Shown here in pieces: positions 1 through 13,500 of a stretch of DNA of 64,000 nucleotides. Below the pieces are notes generated by a model that searched no databases, had not been told where the DNA came from, and was given only the letters and a program-made list of their open reading frames with translations. This DNA is from Eledone cirrhosa. Its lineage: Eukaryota. The stretch covers positions 6,510,001-6,574,000 of the forward strand of contig OZ024742.1 in NCBI GenBank assembly GCA_964016885.1. Direction: 5' to 3'. Each line of letters begins with the position of its first letter. Position 1 is the stretch's first letter. A program made the translations under genes and the position numbers.

Positions 1-1289
1 TTTCCTAGTAGTTAGAGGTTAACCAGAGCAGTTTAGTGATCCACAACATAGTTCCTTATCCTAGTAGTTAGAGGGTTAACCAGAAAAGTTTAGTGATACA
101 TGACATAGTTCCTTACCCTAGTAGTTAGAGGGTTCACCAGATCAGTTTAGTGATATATGACGTAGTTCCTTATCCTAGTAGTTAGAGGGTTCACCAGAGC
201 AGTTTAGTGATATATGACATAGTTCCTTACCCTAGTAGTTAGAGGGTTAACCACAGCAGTTTAGTGATCTATAACATAGTTTCTTACCCTAGTAGTTAGA
301 GGGTTAACCAGAGCAGTTTAGTGATCTATAACATAGTACCTTACCCTAGAAGTTAGAGGGTTAACCAGAGCAGTTTAGTGATCTATAACATAGTTCCTTA
401 CCCTAGAAGTTAGAGGGTTAACCAGAGCAGTTTAGTGATCTATAACATAGTTCCTGACCCTAGAAGTTAGTGGGTTAACCAGAGCAGTTTAGTGATATAT
501 AACATTGTTTCTTACCCTAGTAGTTAGAGGGTTAACCACAGCAGTTTAGTGATCTATAACATAGTTTCTTACCCTAGTAGTTAGAGGGTTAACCAGAGCA
601 GTTTAGTGATCTATAGCATAGTTTCTTAGCCTAGCAGTTAGAGGGTTAACCAGAGCAGTTTAGTGATCTATAACATAGTTCCTGACCCTAGAAGTTAGTG
701 GGTTAACCAGAGCAGTTTAGTGATCTATAACATAGTTCCTTACCCTAGAAGTTAGAGGGTTAACCAGAGCAGTTTAGTGATCTATAACATAGTTCCTGAC
801 CCTACAAGTTAGTGGGTTAACCAGAGCAGTTTAGTGATATATAACATTGTTTCTTACCCTAGTAGTTAGAGGGTTAACCACAGCAGTTTAGTGATCTATA
901 ACATAGTTCCTTACCCTAGAAGTTAGAGGGTTAACCAGAGCAGTTTAGTGATCTATAACATAGTTCCTTACCCTAGAAGTTAGAGGGTTAACCAGAGCAG
1001 TTTAGTGATCTAAAACATAGTTCCTGACCCTAGAAGTTAGTGGGTTAACCAGAGCAGTTTAGTGATATATAACATAGTTTCTTAGACTTGAAGTTAGAGG
1101 GTTAACCAGAGCAGTTTAGTCATATATAACATAGTTCCCTACCCTAGTAGTTAGAGGGTTAACCAGAGCAGTTTAGTGATCTATAACATAGTTTCCTACC
1201 CTAGTAGTTAGAGGGTAACCTGAGCAGTTCAGTGATCTATAACATAGTTTCTTAGTTTAGTAGTTAGAGGGTTAACCAGAGCTGTTTAG

Positions 1290-2010
1290 TGATCTATAAC
1301 ATATTTGTTTACCCTAGTAGTTAGAGGGTTAACCAGAGCAGTTTAGTGATCTATAACATAGTTCCTTAACATATTAGTTAGAGGGTTAACTAGAGCAGTT
1401 TAGTGATCTATAACATAGTTCCTTAACCTAGTAGTTAGAGGGTTAACCAGAGCAGTTTAGTGATCTATAACATAGTTCCTTACCCTAGTAATTAGAGGGT
1501 TAACCAGAGCAGTTTAATGATCTATAACATGGTTTCTTACCCTAGTAGGTAGAGGGTTAAGCAGAGCATTTTAGTGATCTATAACATACTTCCTTACCCT
1601 AGTAGTTAGAGGGTTAACCAGAGCTGTTTAGTGATGTATAACATATTTCTTTAACCTAGTAGTTAGAGGGTTAACCAGAGCAGTTTAATGATCTATAACA
1701 TATTTGTTTACCCTAGTAGTTAGAGGGTTAACCAGAGCAGTTTAGTGATCTATAACATAGTTCCTTAACATATTAGTTAGAGGGTTAACTAGAGCAGTTT
1801 AGTGATCTATAACATAGTTCCTTAACCTAGTAGTTAGAGGGTTAACCAGAGCAGTTTAGTGATCTATAACATAGTTCCTTACCCTAGTAATTAGAGGGTT
1901 AACCAGAGCAGTTTAATGATCTATAACATGGTTTCTTACCCTAGTAGGTAGAGGGTTAACCAGAGCATTTAATGATCTATAACATACTTCCTTACCCTAG
2001 TAGTTAGAGG
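1290..2010. repeat. 7-monomer (399-bp) higher-order duplication within the satellite
   Basis: Rare variants CATATTTGTTTA (1300, 1699) and AACATATTAGTTAG..TTAACTAG (1368, 1767) recur at offset 399 = 7x57. A further partial copy lies near 3300-3650. Confidence 0.85.
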
Positions 2011-4329
2011 GTTACCCCGTGCAGTTTAGTGATCTATAACATAGTTTCTTACCCTAGTAGTTAGAGGGTTAAGCAGAGCAGTTTAGTGATATGTAACATA
2101 GTTTCTTAGACTTGTAGTTAGAGGGTTAACCAGAGCAGTTTAGTCATATATAACATAGTTCCTTACCCTAGTAGTTAGAGGGTTAACCAGAGCAGTTTAG
2201 TGATTTATAACATGGTTTCTTACCTAGGAGTTAGAGGGTTAACCAGAGCAGTTTAGTGATCTATAACATAGTTCCTTTCCCTATAAGTTAGAGGGTTAAT
2301 CAAAGCAGTTCATTGATTTATAACATGGTTTCTTACCCTAGTAGTTAGAGGGTTAAGCAGAGCAGTTTAGTGATATATAACATAGTTCCTTATCCTAGTA
2401 GTTAGAGGGTTAAGCAGAGCAGTTTAGTGATATATAACATAGTTCCTTACCCTAGTAGTTAGAGGGTTAACCAGTACAGTTTAGTGATCTATAACATAGT
2501 TTCTTAGCCTAGTAGTTAGTGGTTAACCACAGCAGTTTAGTGATCTATAACATAGTTCCCGACCCTAGAAGTTAGTGGGTTAACCAGAGCAGTTTAGTGA
2601 TCTATAACATTGTTTCTTACCCTAGTAGTTAGAGGGTTAACCACCGCAGTTTAGTGATCTATAACATAGTTTCTTACCCTAGTAGTTAGAGGGTTAACCA
2701 GAGCAGTTTAGTGATATATAACATAGTCTCTTACCCTAGTAGATAGAGGGTTAACCAGAGCAGTTTAGTGATCTATAACATAGTTCCTGACCCTAGAAGT
2801 TAATGGGTTAACCAGAGCAGTTTAGTGATATATAACATGGTTTCTTACCCTAGTAGGTAGAGGGTTAACCAGAGCTGTTTAGTGATCTATAACATGGTTT
2901 CTTACCCTAGTAGGTAGAGGGTTAACCAGAGCATTTTAGTGATCTATAACATACTTCCTTACCCTAGTAGTTAGAGGGTTACCCCGTGCAGTTCAGTGAT
3001 CTATAACATAGTTTCTTACCCTAGTAGTTAGAGGGTTAACCTGAGCAGTTCAGTGATCTATAACATAGTTTCTTACCCTAGTAGTTAGAGGGTTAACCAG
3101 AGCAGTTTAGTGATCTATAACATATATCTTTACCCTAGTAGTTAGAGGGTTAACCAGAGCAGTTTAGTGATGTATAACATATTTCTTTAACCTAGTAGTT
3201 AGAGGGTTAACCAGAGCAGTTTAATGATCTATAACATAGTTCTTTACCCTAGTAGTTAGAGGGTTAACCAGAGCAGTTTAGTGATCTATAACATAGTTCC
3301 TTAACATATTAGTTAGAGGGTTAACTAGAGCAGTTTAGTGATCTATAACATAGTTCCTTAACCTAGTAGTTAGAGGGTTAACCAGAGCAGTTTAGTGATC
3401 TATAACATACTTCCTTACCCTAGTAATTAGAGGGTTAACCAGAGCAGTTTAATGATCTATAACATGGTTTCTTACCCTAGTAGGTAGAGGGTTAACCAGA
3501 GCTGTTTAGTGATCTATAACATGGTTTCTTACCCTAGTAGGTAGAGGGTTAACCAGAGCATTTTAGTGATCTATAACATACTTCCTTACCCTAGTAGTTA
3601 GAGGGTACCCCGTGCAGTTTAGTGATCTATAACATAGTTTCTTACCCTAGTAGTTAGAGGTTTAAGCAGAGCAGTTTAGTGATATGTAACATAGTTTCTT
3701 AGACTTGTAGTTAGAGGGTTAACCAGAGCAGTTTAGTCATATATAACATAGTTCCTTACCCTAGTAGTTAGAGGGTTAACCAGAGCAGTTTAGTGATATA
3801 TAACATAGTTCCTTACCCTAGAAGTTAGAGGGTTAACCAGAGCAGTCTAGTGATCTATAACAAAGTTTCTTAGCCTAGTAGTTCGAGGGTTAACCAGAGC
3901 AGTTTAGTGATCTATAACATGGTTTCTTACCCTAGTAGTTAGAGGGTTAACCAGAGCAGTTTAGTGATGTATAACATAGTTCCTTAGCCTAGTAGTTAGA
4001 GGGTTAATCAAAGCAGTTTAGTGATTTATAACATGGTTTCTTACCTAGGAGTTAGAGGGTTAACCAGAGCATTTTAGTGATCTATAACATAGTTCCTTTC
4101 CCTATTAGTTAGAGGGTTAATCAAAGCAGTTCAGTGATTTATAACATGGTTTCTTACCCTAGTAGTTAGAGGGTTAAGCAGAGCAGTTTAGTGATATATA
4201 ACATAGTTCCTTACCCTAGTAGTTAGAGGGTTAAGCAGAGCAGTTTAGTGATATATAACATAGTTCCTTACCCTAGTAGTTAGAGGGTTAACCAGTACAG
4301 TTTAGTGATCTATAACATAGTTTTTTAGC

Positions 4330-6158
4330 CTAGTAGTTAGAGGTTTAACCAGAGCAGTTTAGTGATCCACAACATAGTTCCTTTACCTAGTAGTTACAGG
4401 GTTAACCAGAGCAGTTTAGTGATCCACAACATAGTTCCTTATCCTAGTAGTTAGAGGGTTAACCAGAACAGTTTAGTGATATATGACATAGTTCCTTACT
4501 CTAGTAGTTAGAGGGTTCACCAGAGCAGTTTAGTGATATATGACGTAGTTCCTTACCCTAGTAGTTAGAGGGTTCACCAGAGCAGTTTAGTGATATATGA
4601 CATAGTTCCTTACCCTAGTAGTTAGAGGGTTAACCAAAGCATTTTAGTGATATATAACATATTTTCTTACCCTAGTAGATAGAGGGTTAAGCAGACCTTT
4701 TTAGTGATCTATAACATAGTTTCTTACCCTAGTAGTTAGAGGGTTAACCAGAGCAGTTTAGTGATCTATAACATAGTTCCTTACCCTAGTAGTTAGAGGG
4801 TTAACTAGAGCAGTTTAGTGATGTATAACATTGTTCCTTAGCCTAGTAGTTAGAGGGTTAATCAAAGCAGTTTAGTGATTTATAACATGGTTTCTTACCC
4901 TAGGAGTTAGAGGGTTAACCAGAGCAGTTTAGTGATCTATAACATAGTTCCTTACCCTAGTAGTTAGAGGGTTAATCAAAGCATTTCAGTGATTTATAAC
5001 ATGGTTTCTTACCCTAGGAGTTAGAGGGTTAACCAGAGCAGTTTAGTGATCTATAACATAGTTCCTTACCCTAGTAGTTAGATGGGTAACCAGAGCAGTT
5101 TAGTGATCTATAACATAGTTTCTTACCCTAGTAGTTAGAGGGTTAACCAGAGCAGTTTAGTGATATATAACAATAGTCCCTTACCCTAGTAGTTAGAGGG
5201 TTAACCAGAGCAGCTTACTGATCTATAACATAGTTCCTTACCCTAGTAGTTAGAGGTTTAACCAGAGCAGTTTAGTGATCCACAACATAGTTCCTTTACC
5301 TAGTAGTTAGAGGGTTAACCAGAGCAGTTTAGTGATCCACAACATAGTTCCTTATCCTAGTAGTTAGAGGGTTAACCAGAACAGTTTAGTGATATATGAC
5401 ATAGTTCCTTACTCTAGTAGTTAGAGGGTTCACCAGAGCAGTTTAGTGATATATGACGTAGTTCCTTACCCTAGTAGTTAGAGGGTTCACCAGAGCAGTT
5501 TAGTGATATATGACATAGTTCCTTACCCTAGTAGTTAGAGGGTTAACCACAGCATTTTAGTGATATATAACATATTTTCTTACCCTAGTAGATAGAGGGT
5601 TAAGCAGACCTTTTTAGTGATCTATAACATAGTTTCTTACCCTAGTAGTTAGAGGGTTAACCAGAGCAGTTTAGTGATCTATAACATAGTTCCTTACCCT
5701 AGTAGTTAGAGGGTTAACTAGAGCAGTTTAGTGATGTATAACATTGTTCCTTAGCCTAGTAGTTAGAGGGTTAATCAAAGCAGTTTAGTGATTTATAACA
5801 TGGTTTCTTACCCTAGGAGTTAGAGGGTTAACCAGAGCAGTTTAGTGATCTATAACATAGTTCCTTACCCTAGTAGTTAGAGGGTTAATCAAAGCATTTC
5901 AGTGATTTATAACATGGTTTCTTACCCTAGGAGTTAGAGGGTTAACCAGAGCAGTTTAGTGATCTATAACATAGTTCCTTACCCTAGTAGTTAGATGGGT
6001 AACCAGAGCAGTTTAGTGATCTATAACATAGTTTCTTACCCTAGTAGTTAGAGGGTTAACCAGAGCAGTTTAGTGATATATAACAATAGTCCCTTACCCT
6101 AGTAGTTAGAGGGTTAACCAGAGCAGCTTACTGATCTATAACATAGTTCCTTACCCTA
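4330..6158. repeat. 16-monomer (913-bp) near-perfect tandem duplication
   Basis: GATCCACAAC (4364, 5277) and CAGCTTACTG (5211, 6124) recur at offset 913 = 16x57+1. The +1 is the shared ACAATAGT insertion. Both copies also carry AGCAGACCTTTTTAG and TTAGATGGGTAAC. Confidence 0.93.
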
Positions 6159-7549
6159 GAAGTTAGTGGGTTAACCAGAGCAGTTTAGTGATATATAACA
6201 TTGTTTCTTACCCTAGTAGTTAGAGGGTTAACCACAGCAGTTTAGTGATCTATAACATAGTTTCTTACCCTAGTAGTTAGAGGGTTAACCAGAGCAGTTT
6301 AGTGATCTATAACATAGTTTCTTAGCCTAGCAGTTAGAGGGTTAACCAGAGCAGTTTAGTGATCTATAACATAGTTCCTGACCCTAGAAGTTAGTGGGTT
6401 AACCAGAGCAGTTTAGTGATCTATAACATAGTTCCTTACCCTAGAAGTTAGAGGGTTAACCAGAGCAGTTTAGTGATCTATAACATAGTTCCTTACCCTA
6501 GTAGTTAGAGGGTTAACCAGAGCAGTTTAGTGATCTATAACATAGTTCCTGACCCTAGAAGTTAGTGGGTTAACCAGAGCAGTTTAGTGATATATAACAT
6601 TGTTTCTTACCCTAGTAGTTAGAGGGTTAACCACAGCACTTTAGTGATCTATAACATAGTTGCTTACCCTAGTAGTTAGAGGGTTAACCAGAGCAGTTTA
6701 GTGATCTATAACATAGTTTCTTAGCCTAGTAGTTAGAGGGTTAACCAGAGCAGTTTAGTGATCTATAACATATATCTTTACCATAGTAGTTACAGGGTTA
6801 ACCAGAGCAGTTTAGTGATCTATAACATTGTTTCTTACCCTAGTAGTTAGAGGGTTAACCAGAGCAGTTTAGTGATCTATAACATAGTTTCTTAGCCTAG
6901 TAGTTAGAGGGTTACCTAGAGCAGTTTAGTGATCTATAACATAGTTACTTAACCTAGTAGTTAGAGGGTTAACCAGAGCAGTTTAGTGATCTATAACATA
7001 TATCTTTACCCTAGTAGTTAGAGGGTAAACCAGAGCAGTTTAGTGATCTATAACATATTTCTTTCCCCTAGTAGTTAGAGGGTTAACCAGAGCAGTTTAG
7101 TGATCTATAACATAGTTCCTTACCCTAGTAATTAGAGGGTTAACCAGAGCAGTTTAGTGATCTATAACATGGTTTCTTACCCTAGTATTTCAAGGGTTAA
7201 CCAGAGCAGTTTAGTGATCTATAACATAGTTTGTTAGACTAGTAGTTAGAGGGTTAACCAGAGCAGTTTAGTGATCTATAACATAGTTTCTTACCCTAGT
7301 AGTTAGAGGGTTAACCAGAGCAGTTTAGTGATATATAACATAGTTTCTTAATCTAGTATTTTGAGGCTTAACCAGAGCAGTTTCGTGATATATAACATAG
7401 TTTCTTACCCTAGTAGTTAGAGGGTAAACCAGAGCAGTTTAGTGATATATAACATAGTCCCTTACCCTAGTAGTTAGAGGGTTAACCAGAGCAGTTTAGT
7501 GATCTATAACATAGTTTGTTAGACTAGTAGCTAGAGTGTTAACCAGAGC

Positions 7550-10430
7550 AGTTTAGTGATCTATAACTTAGTTTTTACCCTAGTAGCTAGAGGGTTAACC
7601 AGAGCAGTTTAGTGATCTATAACATATTTCTTTCCCCTAGTAGTTAGAGGGTTAACCAGAGCAGTTTAGTGATCTATAACATAGTTCCTTACCCTAGTAA
7701 TTAGAGGGTTAACCAGAGCAGTTTAGTGATCTATAACATGCTTTCTAACCCTAGTATTTCAAGGGTTAACCAGAGCATTTTAGTGATCTATAACATAGTT
7801 TGTTAGACTAGTAGTTAGAGGGTTAATCAGAGCAGTTTAGTGATCTATAACATAGTTTCTTACCCTAGTAGTTAGAGGGTTAACCAGAGCAGTTTAGTGA
7901 TATATAACATAGTTTCTTACCCTAGTATTTCGAGGGTTAACCATAGCAGTTTAGTGATGTATAACATAGTTCCTTACCCTAGTAATTAGAGGGTTAACCA
8001 GAGCAGTTTAGTGATCTATAACATGGTTTCTTACCCTAGTAGGTAGAGGGTTTACCAGAGCAGTTTAGTGATCTATAACATAGTTCCTTACACTAGTAGT
8101 TAGAGGGTTACCCCGTGCAGTTTAGTGATATATAACATAGTTCCTTACCCTAGTAGTTAGAGGGTTAAGCAGAGCAGTTTAGTGATATATAACATAGTTC
8201 CTTACCCTAGTAGTTAGAGGGTTAAGCAGAGCAGTTTAGTGATATATAACATAGTTCCTTACCCTAGTAGTTAGAGGGTTAACCAGAGCAGTTTAGTGAT
8301 ATATAACATAGTCCCTTACACTAGTAGTTAGAAGGTTAACCAGAGCAGTTTAGTGATCTATAACATAGTTTCTTACCCTAGTAGTTAGAGGGTTAACCAG
8401 AGCAGTTTAGTGATCTATAACATAGTTTGTTAGGCTAGTAGCTAGAGGGTTAAGCAGAGCAGTTTAGTGATCTATAACATAGTCTCTTACTAGTAGTTAG
8501 AGGGTTAACCAGAGCAGTTTAGTGAGCTATAACATGGTTTCTTACCCTAGTATTTCGAGGGTTAACCAGAGCAGTTAAGTGAGCTATAACATAGTTTGTT
8601 AGACTAGTAGCTAGAGGGTTAACCAGAGCAGTTTAGTGATCTATAACATAGTCTCTTACCCTAGTAGATAGAGGGTAACCAGAGCAGTTTAGTGATCTAT
8701 AACATAGTTCCTTACCCTAGTAGTTAGAGGGTTAATCAAAGCAGTTCAGTGATTTATAACATGGTTTCTTACCCTAGGAGTTAGAGGGTTAACCAGAGCA
8801 GTTTAGTGATCTATAACATAGTTCCTTACCCTAGTAGTTAGAGGGTTAACCAGAGCAGTTTAGTGATCTATAACATAGTTTCTTACCCTAGTAGTTAGAG
8901 GGTTAACCACAGCAGTTTAGTGATCTATAACTTAGTTTTTACCCTAGTAGCTAGAGGGTTAACCAGAGCAGTTTAGTGATCTATAACATATTTCTTTCCC
9001 CTAGTAGTTAGAGGGTTAACCAGAGCAGTTTAGTGATCTATAACATAGTTCCTTACCCTAGTAATTAGAGGGTTAACCAGAGCAGTTTAGTGATCTATAA
9101 CATGGTTTCTTACCCTAGTATTTCAAGGGTTAACCAGAGCAGTTTAGTGATCTATAACATAGTTTGTTAAACTAGTAGTTAGAGGGTTAATCAGAGCAGT
9201 TTAGTGATCTATAACATAGTTTCTTACCCTAGTAGTTAGAGGGTTAACCAGAGCAGTTTAGTGATATATAACATAGTTTCTTACCCTAGTATTTCGAGGG
9301 TTAACCAGAGCAGTTTAGTGATATATAACATAGTTCCTTACCCTAGTAGTTAGAGGGTTAACCAGAGCAGTTTAGTGATGTAGAACATAGTTCCTTACCC
9401 TAGTAATTAGAGGGTTAACCAGAGCAGTTTAGTGATCTATAACATGGTTTCTTACCCTAGTAGGTAGAGGGTTTACCAGAGCACTTTAGTGATCTATAAC
9501 ATAGTTCCTTACCCTAGTAGTTAGAGGGTTACCCCGTGCAGTTTAGTGATATATAAAATAGTTCCTTACCCTAGTAGTTAGAGGGTTAAGCAGAGCAGTT
9601 TAGTGATATATAACATAGTTCCTTACCCTAGTAGTTAGAAGGTTAAGCAGAGCAGTTTAGTGATATATAACATAGTTCCTTACCCTAGTAGTTAGAGGGT
9701 TAACCAGTACAGTTTAGTGATCTATAACATAGTTTCTTAGACTAGTAGTTAGAGGGTTAACCAGAGCAGTTTAGTAATATATAACATAGTTCCTTACCCT
9801 AGTAGTTAGAGGGTTAACCAGAGCAGTTTAGTGATATATAACATAGTCCCTTACCCTAGTAGTTAGAGGGTTAACCAGAGCAGTTTAGTGATCTATAACA
9901 TAGTTTCTTACCCTAGTAGTTAGAGGGTTAACCAGAGCAGTTTAGTGATCTATAACATAGTTTGTTAGGCTAGTAGCTAGAGGGTTAAGCAGAGCAGTTT
10001 AGTGATCTATAACATAGTCTCTTACTAGTAGTTAGAGGGTTAACCAGAGCAGTTTAGTGAGCTATAACATGGTTACTTACCCTAGTATTTCGAGGGTTAA
10101 CCAGAGCAGTTTAGTGAGCTATAACATAGTTTGTTAGACTAGTAGCTAGAGGGTTAACCAGAGCAGTTTAGTTATCTATAACATAGTCTCTTACCCTAGT
10201 AGATAGAGGGTAACCAGAGCAGTTTAGTGATCTATAACATAGTTCCTTACCCTAGTAGTTAGAGGGTTAATCAAAGCAGTTCAGTGATTTATAACATGGT
10301 TTCTTACCCTAGGAGTTAGAGGGTTAACCAGAGCAGTTTAGTGATCTATAACATAGTTCCTTACCCTAGTAGTTAGAGGGTTAACCAGAGCAGTTTAGTG
10401 ATCTATAACATAGTTTCTTACCCTAGTAGT
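7550..10430. repeat. Tandem pair of related 24-/27-monomer blocks (~1.4-1.5 kb)
   Basis: The deletion monomer CTTAGTTTTTACCC occurs at 7567 and 8931 (offset 1364 = 24x57-4). The 2-bp-deletion monomer CTTACTAGTAG occurs at 8486 and 10021 (offset 1535 = 27x57-4). GTGAGCTATA and TTAGGCTAG are shared. Confidence 0.85.
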
Positions 10431-10539
10431 TAGAGGTTTAACCACAGCAGTTTAGTGATATATAACAATAGTCCCTTACCCTAGTAGTTAGAGGGTTAAC
10501 CAGAGCAGCTTACTGATCTATAACATAGTTCCTTACCCT

Positions 10540-13500
10540 AGTAGTTAGAGGGTTAACCAGAGCAGTTTAGTGATCCACAACATAGTTCATTTTCCTAGTA
10601 GTTAGAGGCTAACCAGAGCAGTTAAGTGATCCACAACATAGTTCCTTATCCTAGTAGTTAGAGGGTTAACCAGAAAAGTTTAGTGATATATGACATAGTT
10701 CCTTACCCTAGTAGTCAGAGGGTTCACCAGATCAGTTTAGTGATATATGACGTAGTTCCTTACCCTAGTAGTTAGAGGGTTCACCAGAGCAGTTTAGTGA
10801 TATATGACATAGTTCCTTACCCTAGTAGTTAGAGGTTTAAGCAGAGCAGTTTTATGATCTATAACATAGTTTCTTACCCTAGTAGTTAGAGGGTTAACCA
10901 GAGCAGTTTAGTGATCTATAACATAGTTCCTTACCCTAGAAGTTAGAGGGTTAACCAGAGCAGTTTAGTGATCTATAACATAGTTCCTTACCCTAGAAGT
11001 TAGAGGGTTAACCAGAGCAGTTTAGTGATCTATAACATAGTTCCTTACCCTAGAAGTTAGAGGGTTAACCAGAGCAGTTTAGTGATCTATAACATAGTTC
11101 CTGACCCTAGAAGTTAGTGGGTTAACCAGAGCAGTTTACTGATATATAACATTGTTTCTTACCCTAGTAGTTAGAGGGTTAACCACATCAGTTTAGTGAT
11201 CTATAACATAGTTTCTTACCCTAGTAGTTAGAGGGTTAACCAGAGCAGTTTAGTGATCTATAACATAGTTTCTTAGCCTAGTAGTTAGAGGGTTAACCAG
11301 AGCAGTTTAGTGATCTATAACATATATCTTTACCATAGTAGTTACAGGGTTAACCAGAGCAGTTTAGTGATCTATAACATTGTTTCTTACCCTAGTAGTT
11401 AGAGGGTTAACCAGAGCAGTTTAGTGATCTATAACATAGTTTCTTAGCCTAGTAGTTAGAGGGTTACCTAGAGCAGTTTAGTGATCTATAACATAGTTAC
11501 TTAACCTAGTAGTTAGAGGGTTAACCAGAGCAGTTTAGTGATCTATAACATATATCTTTACCCTAGTACTTAGAGGGTTAACCAGAGCAGTTTAGTGATG
11601 TATAACATATATCTTTACCCTAGTAGTTAGAGGGTAAACCAGAGCAGTTTAGTGATCTATAACATATTTCTTTCCCCTAGTAGTTAGAGGGTTAACCAGA
11701 GCAGTTTAGTGATCTATAACATAGTTTCTTAGCCTAGTAGTTAGAGGGTTATCCAGAGCAGTTTAGTGATTTATAACTTAGTTTTTACCCTAGTAGCTAG
11801 AGGGTTAACCAGAGCAGTTTAGTGATCTATAACAGTTTCTTACCCTAGTAGTTAGAGGGTTAACCAGAGCAGTTTAATGATCTATAACATGGTTTCGTAC
11901 CCTAGTATTTCGAGGGTTAACCAGAGCAGTTTAGTGATCTATAACATAGTTTGTTAGACTAGTAGCTGGAGGGTTAACCAGAGCAGTTTAGTGATCTATA
12001 ACGTAGTTTCTTACCCAAGTAGTTAGAGGGTTAACCAGAGCAGTTTAGTGATATATAACATAGTTCCTTACCCTAGTAGTTAGAGGGTTAACCAGAGCGG
12101 TTTAGTGATCTATAACATAGTTTGTTAGACTAGTAGTTAGAGGGTTAACCAGAGCAGTTTAGTGATGTATAACATAGTTCCTTACCCTAGTAATTAGAGG
12201 GTTAACCAGAGCAGTTTAGTGATCTATAACATGGTTTCTTACCCTAGTAGGTAGAGGGTTAACCAGAGCAGTTTAGTGATCTATAACATAGTTCCTTACC
12301 CTCGTAGTTAGAGGGTTAAGCAGAGCAGTTTAGTGATCTATAACATAGTTTCATACCCTAGTAGTTAGAGGGTTAAGCAGAGCAGTTTAGTGATATATAA
12401 CATAGTTCCTTACCCTAGTTGTTAGAGGGTTAACCAGTACAGTTTAGTGATCTATAACATAGTTTCTTAGACTAGTAGTTAGAGGGTTAACCAGAGCAGT
12501 TTAGTCATATATAACATAGTTCCTTACCCTAGTAGTTAGAGGGTTAACCAGAGGAGTTTAGTGATATATAAGATAGTTCCTTACCCTAGTAGTTAGAGGG
12601 TTAACCAGAGCAGTTTAGTGATATATAACATAGTCCCTTACCCTAGTAGTTAGAGGGTTAACCAGAGCAGTTTAGTGATCTATAACATAGTTTCTTACCC
12701 TAGTAGTTAGAGGGTTAACCAGAGCAGTTTAGTGATCCACAACATAGTTCATTTTCCTAGTAGTTAGAGGCTAACCAGAGCAGTTAAGTGATCCACAACA
12801 TAGTTCCTTATCCTAGTAGTTAGAGGGTTAACCAGAAAAGTTTAGTGATATATGACATAGTTCCTTACCCTAGTAGTCAGAGGGTTCACCAGATCAGTTT
12901 AGTGATATATGACGTAGTTCCTTACCCTAGTAGTTAGAGGGTTCACCAGAGCAGTTTAGTGATATATGACATAGTTCCTTACCCTAGTAGTTAGAGGTTT
13001 AAGCAGAGCAGTTTTATGATCTATAACATAGTTTCTTACCCTAGTAGTTAGAGGGTTAACCAGAGCAGTTTAGTGATCTATAACATAGTTCCTTACCCTA
13101 GAAGTTAGAGGGTTAACCAGAGCAGTTTAGTGATCTATAACATAGTTCCTTACCCTAGAAGTTAGAGGGTTAACCAGAGCAGTTTAGTGATCTATAACAT
13201 AGTTCCTTACCCTAGAAGTTAGAGGGTTAACCAGAGCAGTTTAGTGATCTATAACATAGTTCCTGACCCTAGAAGTTAGTGGGTTAACCAGAGCAGTTTA
13301 CTGATATATAACATTGTTTCTTACCCTAGTAGTTAGAGGGTTAACCACATCAGTTTAGTGATCTATAACATAGTTTCTTAGCCTAGTAGTTAGAGGGTTA
13401 ACCAGAGCAGTCTAGTGATCTATAACATATATCTTTACCATAGTAGTTACAGGGTTAACCAGAGCAGTTTAGTGATCTATAACATAGTTCCTTACCCTAG

